From Patescibacteria group bacterium (GTDB taxonomy: Bacteria > Patescibacteriota > Gracilibacteria > UBA1369 > UBA12470), in the NCBI GenBank assembly GCA_018816885.1, contig JAHIUS010000053.1:10517-74516 (forward strand): DNA of 64,000 bases. Direction: 5' to 3'. The translations under genes and the position numbers were made by a program. This document shows positions 46,442-55,520 of the stretch, one piece after another. Positions within the stretch are counted from its first letter, which is position 1; each line of letters starts with the position of its first letter. The notes under the pieces were generated by a model, which saw only the letters and a program-made list of their open reading frames with translations, searched no databases and was not told where the DNA came from.

Positions 46442-47460
46442 AAAACCTCCTCCTCACATCCCCCTCCAACATCCGTTATTTGAGTAATTTTACAGGCTCG
46501 AAAGCTGTAATTTTAAAACTCCCAAATAAAACCTATTTCTTCACCGACAGCAGATATTTCGAGGAAGCCAAGAAGATAATTCCCCCAATTTTCAATTTAC
46601 AAATTTACAAAAAAGGGGAATTCAAAGATGAGTGGCAAAAAATCCTCAAAAAACATCGCCTCAAAGAAATTCACTTCGAGGCAAATCACCTTACCTACTC
46701 CGCTCTCAAGTACTGGAGGAAAATTTCACGCCCCGTAAAACTCAAACCGCAAACAGGAGAAATCGAGAAATTGCGTACCAAAAAATCAGCTCAAGAAATA
46801 AGACTTTTGAAAAAATCCCAACAAATCAATGAACAAGTTTTTTATACAGTCAAAAAGCACCTAAAAACAGGGATAACCGAAAAAGAAATAGCTTGGAAAA
46901 TACAAGAAACGGCACATAAATTAGGGTGCGATGAACTAGCTTTCCCACCAATAGTGGCATTCGGAAAAAGCACAAGCATTCCCCACCACAAAACCGGCCC
47001 AGGAAAGCTAAAAAAAGGCGACATGATCCTCATCGACATGGGAGTCAAATACAAAGGAATGTGCTCAGACATGACCAGAACACTTTTCACCGCAAAACCT
47101 ACTTCCGAACAAGAAAAAGCTTACCAAACAGTCCTCCAGGCCCAAAAAAACGCAATTCGGAAGCTCAAACCCGGAATAACAGGCCACAAAGCCTGGCAAC
47201 TGGCCGCAAAAATAATCGATTCGGATCACTTCACTCACGGCCTGGGCCACGGAATCGGCCTCGATATCCATGAATCCCCCAGCCTGGCTGAAAAATCTAA
47301 ATCAAAGATCAAAGAAGGAATGGTTATGACCGTTGAACCGGGACTCTATTTGCCAAACAAGTTCGGAATCAGAATCGAAGATATGGGAGTACTTCGCGAC
47401 AAATTCGAAAACTTCACAAAAGCACAAAAAGAGCTAAAAGACTGTATTGTCGAAGTATAG
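46438..47460 (+). CDS. M24-family Xaa-Pro aminopeptidase/dipeptidase
   Basis: Pita-bread metal ligand contexts ..LIDMGVKYKGMCSDMTRT.., ..HGLGHGIGLDIHE.., ..MTVEPGLY.., ..IRIED.. Confidence 0.88.
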   Translation: MKNLLLTSPSNIRYLSNFTGSKAVILKLPNKTYFFTDSRYFEEAKKIIPPIFNLQIYKKGEFKDEWQKILKKHRLKEIHFEANHLTYSALKYWRKISRPVKLKPQTGEIEKLRTKKSAQEIRLLKKSQQINEQVFYTVKKHLKTGITEKEIAWKIQETAHKLGCDELAFPPIVAFGKSTSIPHHKTGPGKLKKGDMILIDMGVKYKGMCSDMTRTLFTAKPTSEQEKAYQTVLQAQKNAIRKLKPGITGHKAWQLAAKIIDSDHFTHGLGHGIGLDIHESPSLAEKSKSKIKEGMVMTVEPGLYLPNKFGIRIEDMGVLRDKFENFTKAQKELKDCIVEV

Positions 47461-47482
47461 TCAAATGCTACCCGAGTATCAA

Positions 47483-47833
47483 TTATCTACCTACCTGCAT
47501 ACATTCAGGCTTCATCCCATGATCAGCACTATTTAAGGTCATAGAGTCTACCATTTCCTCACTTTCAGGATCCCATACCCTACAAGGAACAACCCTAAAA
47601 GAATATAAAAGGTCTTTCATCCCAGGCCTAATCAAACTCACATCAAAACGCTGGTCTCCAACTGAGCGAACAGCCCAGGAACCAACATCAAGATTGCAAC
47701 CCCTGGAAATAACCGCATCAAGTCTTTCACGAACATGGTCTTTATCAATCTCGGTCAAAGAAGCAAGTTCAGAAATCATATCATCAAGCGAAAGCCCCTC
47801 AACATCCCAATTTTCCATAGATTCTTTTACCAT
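47483..47833 (-). CDS. hypothetical small protein
   Basis: 116-aa ORF, opposite strand to flanking housekeeping genes; no family recognised. Confidence 0.45.
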   Translation of the reverse strand: MVKESMENWDVEGLSLDDMISELASLTEIDKDHVRERLDAVISRGCNLDVGSWAVRSVGDQRFDVSLIRPGMKDLLYSFRVVPCRVWDPESEEMVDSMTLNSADHGMKPECMQVGR

Positions 47834-47878
47834 ACAACCAAAACCATAACACGAAACTCATCATCTGCAAACCAACTA

Positions 47879-48049
47879 TTAACCTTGGTTGACTTCATCA
47901 GGCTTTCTGACTTTGCTCACCTTAAGAATTTTTCTTTTGTAAACAGCAGGACCGGGAACAACACTCCTAAAACAAGATCTATCTATCGCAGCATAATCAT
48001 GGCATTCACCATCATTCCCCTCTTCCTGCACAGGCTCTTTTTCACTCAT
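47879..48049 (-). CDS. possible small ORF (56 aa, below ORF-track cutoff)
   Basis: ATG 48049 .. TAA 47879: MSEKEPVQEEGNDGECHDYAAIDRSCFRSVVPGPAVYKRKILKVSKVRKPDEVNQG; only the open frame supports it. Confidence 0.25.
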   Translation of the reverse strand: MSEKEPVQEEGNDGECHDYAAIDRSCFRSVVPGPAVYKRKILKVSKVRKPDEVNQG

Positions 48050-48174
48050 AATTATAAGTTAAAAATATATACAGACCTTATCACACCAAAAACCCTATTT
48101 GCAATCCACCCCCTTTTCCCCTAAAATCCTCCTCGCCTACTACCACTACAACTACTTCCTACAACTAATCAACA

Positions 48175-49956
48175 ATGTGCGGAATATTCGCCTATTTCGG
48201 CCCGAAAGATAACGCAGGAGAACTCGTACTCGAAGGTCTGAAGAAACTCGAATACAGAGGTTACGACTCCTGGGGAATTGTTTGTAAAAACGAGGACGGA
48301 GAAACAATTATAGAAAAACACGTCGGAAAAATCTCAGATGCAAACGAACTCAGGCCGGAACTCACAGAAAAACCAAGCCACATCGCAATCGGACACTCTC
48401 GCTGGGCAACTCACGGCGGCGTAACGGAAGCAAACGCCCACCCGCACACAACAGAAAACATGGATGTCACAATCGTCCACAACGGCATCTTGGAAAACTA
48501 CCTGGAACTCAGAAAAGAACTACAAGAAAAAGGCCACAAATTCACATCTGAAACAGATACAGAAGTCTTCGCTCACTTAATCGAAGAAAACATCGATAAA
48601 GGGCTTGAGGAGGCTTTCAAACTCGCACTGGAAAAAGCCGAAGGAAGATACGCACTCCTCGCAATCACCAAAGACGAAAACAAGATAGTCGCAGCCAGAA
48701 GAGGCTCGCCACTGATCGTCGGAATCAACAAGGAAAACAAGGAGTACTTCATCGCCTCCGACATCCCCGCATTCTTGAAGCACACCAACAATGTAATGTA
48801 CCTCGACGACGAACAGATGGTCGTACTCAATGATGGTGTGAAATTTTTTGACCTAAAAACGGATCAACCGATCGAAAAACGAATAGTGGAGATCGAATGG
48901 GACGAACAAAGCGCGGAAAAAGGGAATTTCGAATACTTCATGCTCAAAGAAATAACCGAACAAAAAGAGACACTCGCCCGGGCAATCAACCAAGACGACG
49001 ACCTCATCCGAGAAGTCGCCCAGGCAATCAACGGAGCTTTCGGAACCTACATAATCGGCTGCGGAACAGCCGGAAAAGTCGGAATGGTCGGAACATACCT
49101 TTTCTCGCATATCGCCAAGAAACACATCAACTTCATGTTCGGATCGGAATTCGGCTCATTCCTGCCATTCATGACCGATAAATCCTTAATGATCGCAATC
49201 TCCCAGAGCGGAGAAACGGCCGACACACTCGAAGCGATCGAGGAAGCCAAGAAAAAAGGAGTAAAAATCGTCTCAATCGTAAATGTCGAATCCTCAACAA
49301 TGGCCCGAATCTCAGACATAGTTATCCCGATCAAAGCCGGCCCGGAAAAAGCTGTAGCTTCAACCAAAGCCACAACCTCCCAGATAGCAATCCTTGAACT
49401 CCTCGCCTACGCCTGCGCCGGAAAACTTGATGAAGGCAAGAAGCTCCTGGTAGAAACCGCCAGCCAAATCAACGACATGCTCAACCCAAGATACGAACAG
49501 TACATCCGCAAACTCGCAGAAAAAATCAAAGACGTCGAAAGCATGTACATCATCGGAAAAGACCTCAATTACCCAATGGCTCTCGAAGCAGCCATCAAAC
49601 TCCAGGAAGTCTCATACATCCACGCGGAAGGATTCGCAGGAGGAGAATTAAAACACGGCCCAATCGCCCTGATCTCGGAAGGAACTCCCTGCATAGCACT
49701 TATTGCCAACGATCACACCAAACAAGAAACCCTCTCAAACGCAATCGAAGTCAAAGCGAGGGGCGGCTACATCATAGGAGTTTCCCCACAGAACAATGAA
49801 AACTTCGACTTCTGGATAAAAGTTCCCGACGCCGGAATGGCCTCCCCGATAATCAGCATTATCCCAATCCAAATCCTCGCCTACCAACTGGCAATTTTAA
49901 GGGAAAATAACCCGGATATGCCAAGGAATTTGGCTAAGAGTGTTACGGTTAAGTAG
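48175..49956 (+). CDS. glmS: glutamine--fructose-6-phosphate aminotransferase
   Basis: MCGIFAY N-terminal nucleophile, ..GHSRWATHG.., two SIS domains (..ISQSGETADT..), C-terminal ..NLAKSVTVK. Confidence 0.96.
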   Translation: MCGIFAYFGPKDNAGELVLEGLKKLEYRGYDSWGIVCKNEDGETIIEKHVGKISDANELRPELTEKPSHIAIGHSRWATHGGVTEANAHPHTTENMDVTIVHNGILENYLELRKELQEKGHKFTSETDTEVFAHLIEENIDKGLEEAFKLALEKAEGRYALLAITKDENKIVAARRGSPLIVGINKENKEYFIASDIPAFLKHTNNVMYLDDEQMVVLNDGVKFFDLKTDQPIEKRIVEIEWDEQSAEKGNFEYFMLKEITEQKETLARAINQDDDLIREVAQAINGAFGTYIIGCGTAGKVGMVGTYLFSHIAKKHINFMFGSEFGSFLPFMTDKSLMIAISQSGETADTLEAIEEAKKKGVKIVSIVNVESSTMARISDIVIPIKAGPEKAVASTKATTSQIAILELLAYACAGKLDEGKKLLVETASQINDMLNPRYEQYIRKLAEKIKDVESMYIIGKDLNYPMALEAAIKLQEVSYIHAEGFAGGELKHGPIALISEGTPCIALIANDHTKQETLSNAIEVKARGGYIIGVSPQNNENFDFWIKVPDAGMASPIISIIPIQILAYQLAILRENNPDMPRNLAKSVTVK

Positions 49957-50371
49957 TCTGCGTTTTTACAGCCTCTTCAATCGCATCAATAACCGCAAAT
50001 ATCCCTCTTCCTTCATAAACAACACTATTTAGGAAAAGTGACAAAAACTCTCTGTCCTCTTCAGCTTTACGCTCAAGAACGGGCTTCTTGTAAGAAGACA
50101 TAATCACACGCGCCACACCTGCAGAAACAGCCTCTCTAAGCGCATTACAGCCCAACCCCCACAAATCCCCATTTTCATCAAGAACTTCAGCGACAACAAC
50201 ACTATATTCTCTAATTTTTGCAGCCAAATCACCTTCAATCTCACTCAAAAACTCAGCCTCAACGTGATTATTACTTAAAAGCCAAGCCGTAGTTCGACCT
50301 ACACGAGGAGTTTCCTTTTCAGGAGAATCAATTTTGCCATGATCCAATACCAGCACTTTTAGATTAGACAT
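49949..50371 (-). CDS. hypothetical protein (possibly CheY/flavodoxin-like alpha/beta fold)
   Basis: 140 aa; alternating beta/alpha pattern MSNLKVLVLDHG.., ..SVVVAEVLDENGD.., ..ARVIMSSYKKP..; fold assignment is tentative. Confidence 0.45.
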   Translation of the reverse strand: MSNLKVLVLDHGKIDSPEKETPRVGRTTAWLLSNNHVEAEFLSEIEGDLAAKIREYSVVVAEVLDENGDLWGLGCNALREAVSAGVARVIMSSYKKPVLERKAEEDREFLSLFLNSVVYEGRGIFAVIDAIEEAVKTQTT

Positions 50372-50388
50372 TTTATTTAAATTAAAAA

Positions 50389-50712
50389 TTAAAAATCAAA
50401 ACCAAGCTCTCTCAACTCACTTTCTTCAATAACCCCCAACTGACTTAAAGCATAATCCATTTCAAAAAGTCCATGCGCCCTCTGCAAGAAAACGATAGTA
50501 TCATCAAAATCAATCCCCTCAGGCAAACACGCACTTGCAGCATCTTCATCCATTAATGCAGAAACCAAAATTTTCACTCTTCCGGTTTCAACAGCTATCC
50601 TAACAATTTCTCTGGCACGATCTGTAATAGCTTCTTCCTTGCAAAAACCCATTATCAACAAAGCCGCCTTCTGCAACTTAATACTAACTCTATCTATAGG
50701 ATATTCAGGCAA
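50389..50712 (-). CDS. hypothetical protein, possibly the 3' part of a frameshifted gene
   Basis: 107-aa ORF with TTG start; a 35-codon ATG-initiated ORF (50705-50812) overlaps its start by 8 nt in another frame. Confidence 0.4.
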   Translation of the reverse strand: MPEYPIDRVSIKLQKAALLIMGFCKEEAITDRAREIVRIAVETGRVKILVSALMDEDAASACLPEGIDFDDTIVFLQRAHGLFEMDYALSQLGVIEESELRELGFDF

Positions 50713-50812
50713 CTAAACATTGAAACTCAGATCTTTGTAAATGCATTGCAATCACCTCTCTTTGATAATAACCCTCTTCAACCAACACAACAACTTTGTC
50801 AATCTTGTCCAT
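50705..50812 (-). CDS. 35-aa ORF MDKIDKVVVLVEEGYYQREVIAMHLQRSEFQCLVA, candidate N-terminal part of the downstream ORF
   Basis: ATG 50812, TGA 50705; sequence looks like beta1-alpha1 of an alpha/beta domain and would continue into 50389-50712 after a 1-nt frame change. Confidence 0.3.
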   Translation of the reverse strand: MDKIDKVVVLVEEGYYQREVIAMHLQRSEFQCLVA

Positions 50813-50817
50813 TAAAT

Positions 50818-50846
50818 TTGTTAAATATCAAAACAGGAGGTAAAAT
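50818..50846 (+). promoter_or_regulatory. sigma70-type promoter for pyk
   Basis: TTGTTA (50818-50823) - 17 nt - TAAAAT (50841-50846); places the TCTAnnn array in the 5' UTR. Confidence 0.5.
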
Positions 50847-50879
50847 TAGCTCAACCAAAAATAAAATGCAAGATCATTC

Positions 50880-50914
50880 TCTAGAGTCTAGAGTCTATGA
50901 TCTATAATCTAGAA
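50880..50914 (+). repeat. TCTAnnn x5 heptamer array (TCTAGAG TCTAGAG TCTATGA TCTATAA TCTAGAA) 4 nt upstream of the pyk ATG
   Basis: Read directly. Confidence 0.75.
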
Positions 50915-50918
50915 AAAA

Positions 50919-52322
50919 ATGCCACAGCGCACCAAAATAGTCGCAACCCTCGGCCCGGCTTCCGATGAGCTTTACCTTATGGAAAGAATGCTTCAGTCCG
51001 GGATGGATGTCGCCAGACTTAACTTTTCACACGGGACTTACAAACATCATCAGAAACTGATAACCAACCTGAGAAAAGCTTCCAAAAAAACAGGTTACAA
51101 TGTCGCCATTCTTCAAGACCTTCAAGGCCCGAAAATCAGAACCGGAATCGTCCCCGGGGACGGAATTAAGGTGAAAAAGCACGAAAAAATCACCCTAACC
51201 GCCCTCAAGCCTCAAAAAAACGAGATCCCTCTTCAATACAAAAAACTCCCTCAGGAAGTAAAAAGAGGAGACATTCTGCTAATTGACGATGGACTGATCG
51301 AGCTTCAAGTGCTTTCAAGAACAAAAACAAAAATCATAGCAAAAGCGGAAAACAACGGCGTCATAAAAAGCAACAAAGGAATAAACGTCCCAACAGGAGA
51401 AATTCAAGCTTCGTCAATAACCGCAAAAGACCTGAAAGACCTGCGATTCGGCCTCAAAAACAACATCGATTATATCGCTCTATCATTCGTGAAATCCGCA
51501 AGCGATATAGAAACCCTCCGCCGCCACATCAAAAAAGCCAAAAAAGATACAAAGATCATCGCCAAAATCGAAAGAAAAGAGGCCATCGCCAACCTGGAAG
51601 AAATAATAGAAGCGGCAGACGTGATCATGGTCGCAAGAGGAGACCTCGGCCTGGAAATCCCAGCAGAACAAGTCCCAATCTACCAGAAGGAAATAGTCCA
51701 CATGTGCAATGAACACGCCAAACCCGTAATCGTCGCCACACATGTCCTTCAATCAATGATCCATAATCCACGCCCAACCAGAGCGGAGATTTCCGATGCA
51801 GCCAACGCAATCTTTGATCGAGCGGACGCGTTCATGCTTTCCAACGAAACCGCAGTCGGAGATTATCCTTTAAAAGCTGTCCAAACCCTGGCATCAGTCG
51901 CCCGCGCAACAGAAAAAGAGCTAAAAAAACGTCCATTCCTCCTTCCGACACTCACAGAAAACAGCAGACTTTCAACCACAGACGCAACCTGCCTAAACGC
52001 CATTAACCTGGCCAACAATATCCATGCCAAACACATCATAATCGTCACAGAATCAGGCTACACAGCCCGCCAAATCACCAAATACCGCCCGATGACCAAC
52101 CTGATAACTATCGTCTGCTGCGAAAATGTTAAAAGAGAACTCGCAATGGTTTGGGGCCTCAACAGAATTCTTGTTTCAGAAGAAATCACAAAAGATAAAA
52201 ACAACCTCGAATCAACCGTACTCAAACTCCTCAAGAAGCAAAACCTAACCCTCAAAGGCGACAAGATCGTCATAGTAAACGCCGGCAAAAACAGAAAGTT
52301 GCTTTCAACGGTAAGGGCATGA
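50919..52322 (+). CDS. pyk: pyruvate kinase
   Basis: ..TKIVATLGPAS.., ..ARLNFSHG.., ..LQDLQGPKIR.., ..MVARGDLGLEIP.., ..MLSNETA.. Confidence 0.96.
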   Translation: MPQRTKIVATLGPASDELYLMERMLQSGMDVARLNFSHGTYKHHQKLITNLRKASKKTGYNVAILQDLQGPKIRTGIVPGDGIKVKKHEKITLTALKPQKNEIPLQYKKLPQEVKRGDILLIDDGLIELQVLSRTKTKIIAKAENNGVIKSNKGINVPTGEIQASSITAKDLKDLRFGLKNNIDYIALSFVKSASDIETLRRHIKKAKKDTKIIAKIERKEAIANLEEIIEAADVIMVARGDLGLEIPAEQVPIYQKEIVHMCNEHAKPVIVATHVLQSMIHNPRPTRAEISDAANAIFDRADAFMLSNETAVGDYPLKAVQTLASVARATEKELKKRPFLLPTLTENSRLSTTDATCLNAINLANNIHAKHIIIVTESGYTARQITKYRPMTNLITIVCCENVKRELAMVWGLNRILVSEEITKDKNNLESTVLKLLKKQNLTLKGDKIVIVNAGKNRKLLSTVRA

Positions 52323-52360
52323 TAAAATCACCCCCCAAACAATAATTTAACCAAAAAAAC

Positions 52361-52561
52361 ATGGGAGCAACTGAAGACATAGAAGACCTGTTAGATAAAC
52401 AATGGGGAGCAGAAAGAAAAGCAATAGGAGCAAGAAGAACACCACCAAGACATGATGATAATTCATGGGAAGCAACAATCGGAGAAGACTTAAAAGACGC
52501 AATGGAATTAGTACGAAAAAAAACAAACTCAACAGCACCGGCACCTACCGAAAAACTCTAA
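52361..52561 (+). CDS. hypothetical small protein
   Basis: 66-aa ORF in the pyk-ruvC gap, same strand, tight spacing; no family recognised. Confidence 0.35.
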   Translation: MGATEDIEDLLDKQWGAERKAIGARRTPPRHDDNSWEATIGEDLKDAMELVRKKTNSTAPAPTEKL

Positions 52562-52567
52562 TTAACC

Positions 52568-52819
52568 ATGACGTTACCCGAATCATACTTAGACAGACCA
52601 GAGTTAACAGACGAAAACCTCATCCAATTAGGCGCAGACCCTCAATTATTCGATGAAACACATCGAAAAAAACTCTTGGCAACATTAAGAGACAACGAAG
52701 AAAGAGGAATCATAGGACCCGGAGCCCTGCCCCACACACCGGAAGATACAAGTCATGTATTCAAGGCTCTATTCGGAAGAAGGAAAAATCCAACAATCAT
52801 ACTAAACCACATCCGATAA
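52568..52819 (+). CDS. hypothetical small protein
   Basis: 83-aa ORF 6 nt after the previous one; no family recognised. Confidence 0.35.
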   Translation: MTLPESYLDRPELTDENLIQLGADPQLFDETHRKKLLATLRDNEERGIIGPGALPHTPEDTSHVFKALFGRRKNPTIILNHIR

Positions 52820-52832
52820 GCCACCAGCCAGC

Positions 52833-53333
52833 ATGCTCATTCTTGGCATAGATCCCGGGACAGCCACCACAGGTTACGCATTGATAAAATCGGAGAACGA
52901 GGAACTCGACCCGATAGATTTTGGCATCATTCAAACAGAGCCTAAATACGACAACGCAACCCGTCTCGCCCAGATTTGTGAAGACATCGAAGAACTTGTA
53001 AAAAGACACCAACCAGATGTAGCCGCAATCGAGGAACTTTTTTTCGTAAAAAACATAACAACAGGAATAAAAGTCGCACAAGCCAGAGGTGCAATCATCG
53101 CCACTCTAACCCGCCTAAAAGTCCCCGTATCGGAATACAAACCGACGGAAATCAAATGCGCGGTAACCGGAAACGGACAAGCGGAAAAACAACAAGTCCA
53201 GAAAATGGTTCAACTGATCCTACACCTCCCCTCCCCTCCCAAACCTGATGACGCCGCCGACGCAATCGCAATTGCGATATGCCATTTAAACTCGTATAAT
53301 CTGAGGGAGCAGATAGAAATTAGTAATCAGTAA
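52833..53333 (+). CDS. ruvC: crossover junction endodeoxyribonuclease RuvC
   Basis: MLILGIDPGTATTGYALI.., ..VAAIEELFF.., ..DAADAIAIAICH.. Confidence 0.93.
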   Translation: MLILGIDPGTATTGYALIKSENEELDPIDFGIIQTEPKYDNATRLAQICEDIEELVKRHQPDVAAIEELFFVKNITTGIKVAQARGAIIATLTRLKVPVSEYKPTEIKCAVTGNGQAEKQQVQKMVQLILHLPSPPKPDDAADAIAIAICHLNSYNLREQIEISNQ

Positions 53334-53342
53334 TCAGTAATG
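53322..53342 (+). repeat. heptamer triplet AGTAATC AGTAATC AGTAATG spanning the ruvC stop and next gene start
   Basis: Read directly; TAA 53331-53333, ATG 53340. Confidence 0.6.
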
Positions 53343-54707
53343 AAAAAAATAATTCTTGCCGTTCTAACCTTGATCTTACTCACAGTAGGACTGGTCGCGG
53401 CCTCTCTTTTTATAAATGCACCCGAACTACTCACAAACATTTTTTCCGCAGAAGAAATAAACAAGGATACCTTTAAAATAAAAACAGATTCATCTTACGA
53501 AGAAAGAATCGAAAAAGGTCAGCTTTTAATCGAAAACGGATATTACTCCTTGTCAATCACAGAATTTAATCTCGCATCACAAGAAAAACCCTACTCCCCG
53601 GAACCATACTTACTCATAGGATCAGTCTACGAAAACCTGAAAGATTACGAAAAAGCCATCTCGAATTACGAAAAAGCCTTGGAAAGAAGCCCTGATAACT
53701 CGGAAGCAATTATAGGAATCGCCCAAAATTATATCCACCTCGAAAAATTTGAAGAAGCTCGCGCAACGATAGACGGATCAAGCAAAGAATCAAGCGATCT
53801 TAATTATTACAAAGCGCTTCTTTACGCATACGACTCGGAATACGACCGCAGTCAACAACTTTTTGAAGAAATAGAAGATGAAAAAGCAGAGCCATTCTTG
53901 TCAGCATTTGAAGAATACGATCTGGAAGAAGGAGGACAAGAAACCCACCTAAAAACACTACTCGCACAAGCCTACACGGAAGTTAAACAGTGGCAGCTTG
54001 CCAAGGCAACTCTCTATGAAGTTCTCGGAGAAAACTCAAGCTATCGCGACGCCTGGACACTGCTCGGATACACATACTTAAGCCTCGGACAATACGAAGA
54101 CTCCGCGTCAGCCTTCGAACAAGCCATAGAACTTGATGTTACCAAACCGGAAACCAATTACTTCTTGGCACTCGCCTACTTCGGCCAAGACCGCCATGAA
54201 GATGCAATAACTTACCTGGAACTGTCACTCTTGTACGGATTTGAGCCGCAAGTCCAAGTCTATCAGAAACTCGCGGAAATTTACTTCCTCCTCGAAGATT
54301 ACGAATCAGCTTCAAGAAATTACGAACAAATCCTCAAACTCAACGATGAAGATGCAAATAACTTCATAAGACCTATCTGGCTCAACCTGGACTTCCTTGG
54401 CAACCATGAACACGCTCTCGAGCTCGCAGAATGGGCACTGGACTCGCACCCGGAAACAGCGATGAGCTATAACCTCAAAGGATGGGTCTTAACTGCAATG
54501 GAAGATTATGAAGAAGCTGAAACCTACCTCAAAGGAGCACTTGAATTAGACCCCAACCTCGCAGCCGCTTACCTGAACCTCGGAACCATGTATGAGAAGC
54601 AAGACAACCTGGAAGAAGCCAAACAAAACTACAAAATCGCCTACACATTGGACCAAAACAGCGCAATAGGCTCTCTCGCAGCAGAGAAATACAACGCGTT
54701 ACTTTAG
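53340..54707 (+). CDS. membrane-anchored TPR-repeat protein
   Basis: N-terminal TM (IILAVLTLILLTVGLVAASLF) followed by multiple 34-aa TPR-like repeats (..YEKAISNYEKALERSPDN.., ..AAYLNLGTMYEKQDNLEEAKQNYKIAYTLDQN..). Confidence 0.8.
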   Translation: MKKIILAVLTLILLTVGLVAASLFINAPELLTNIFSAEEINKDTFKIKTDSSYEERIEKGQLLIENGYYSLSITEFNLASQEKPYSPEPYLLIGSVYENLKDYEKAISNYEKALERSPDNSEAIIGIAQNYIHLEKFEEARATIDGSSKESSDLNYYKALLYAYDSEYDRSQQLFEEIEDEKAEPFLSAFEEYDLEEGGQETHLKTLLAQAYTEVKQWQLAKATLYEVLGENSSYRDAWTLLGYTYLSLGQYEDSASAFEQAIELDVTKPETNYFLALAYFGQDRHEDAITYLELSLLYGFEPQVQVYQKLAEIYFLLEDYESASRNYEQILKLNDEDANNFIRPIWLNLDFLGNHEHALELAEWALDSHPETAMSYNLKGWVLTAMEDYEEAETYLKGALELDPNLAAAYLNLGTMYEKQDNLEEAKQNYKIAYTLDQNSAIGSLAAEKYNALL

Positions 54708-54752
54708 TACCAAACTAATACAAAAAACAATCTACTCTCTAAAACAAAAAAC

Positions 54753-55520
54753 ATGCTCACTCCAATCATCTTCGCACTGGGAATCGCATTCGGTAGCTTT
54801 TTAAGCATGCTGATACCCCGAATCCGCAAATCGGAAAGCGGAATCTTCCTTGGCCGCTCACACTGCATCTTTTGCAAAAAAAACCTGGAAGCAAGAGACA
54901 TGGTCCCGGTTTTAAGCTATTTCTGGAACCGCGCCAAATGCAGATTTTGCAATAAAAAAATCTCAGCCCTTTACCCGATAATCGAGATATTAACAGGTAT
55001 AATTTTTGTGCTTATCTACCTGAAATTCCCTGTAGCCACTCTAGCCCAGACCCCCGAAACAATCTTCTATCTCCTAATCAGTCTTGCACTGATTTTCACA
55101 TTCTTTTATGACTTAAAATATCTGGAGATCTCAGATCTCGTACTCGTTCCCGCAATCATACTGGCCCTAATCGGAACATTACTGCCAAACACACCATCAT
55201 TTACATCCGCACTACTCGGAGTAGCAATCGGAATCGGTTTTTTCTTAATTCAAATAATAATTTCAAAAGGAAAATGGGTCGGAGCGGGAGACATACGAAT
55301 AGGAGCCTTAATGGGAGCTGTTCTCGGTTGGCAACTGACACTTGTCGCACTCGTTTTGAGCTATTTGATAGGATCCGTCTTCAGCGTACCGATTTTAATT
55401 ACAGGCAAGAAACAGTTGGGAGAAAAAGTGCCCCTCGGACCATTCTTGGTTATGGGAACATTTTTGACAATATTTTTGGGTGAAAAAATTCTCGCATGGT
55501 ACCTAAGCCTCGCAATATGA
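54753..55520 (+). CDS. pilD: type IV prepilin leader peptidase (A24 family)
   Basis: Cys-rich N-terminal motif CIFCKK..CRFCNKKISALYPIIEILTG and GAGD catalytic Asp context in a polytopic membrane protein. Confidence 0.88.
   Translation: MLTPIIFALGIAFGSFLSMLIPRIRKSESGIFLGRSHCIFCKKNLEARDMVPVLSYFWNRAKCRFCNKKISALYPIIEILTGIIFVLIYLKFPVATLAQTPETIFYLLISLALIFTFFYDLKYLEISDLVLVPAIILALIGTLLPNTPSFTSALLGVAIGIGFFLIQIIISKGKWVGAGDIRIGALMGAVLGWQLTLVALVLSYLIGSVFSVPILITGKKQLGEKVPLGPFLVMGTFLTIFLGEKILAWYLSLAI

Noticed and set aside
47735-48124. 129-aa + strand ORF in the pepP-glmS gap. Another questionable ORF, 7030-7278 (minus strand), overlaps the lipoprotein gene.
   Set aside because: Both have odd low-complexity translations and overlap better-supported features. 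Neither has a promoter-like or start context, so they are likely spurious.
48050-48174. glmS ribozyme upstream of glmS.
   Set aside because: The leader is a G-free CTAC/CAAC-type repeat with no potential for the conserved glmS ribozyme core helices.
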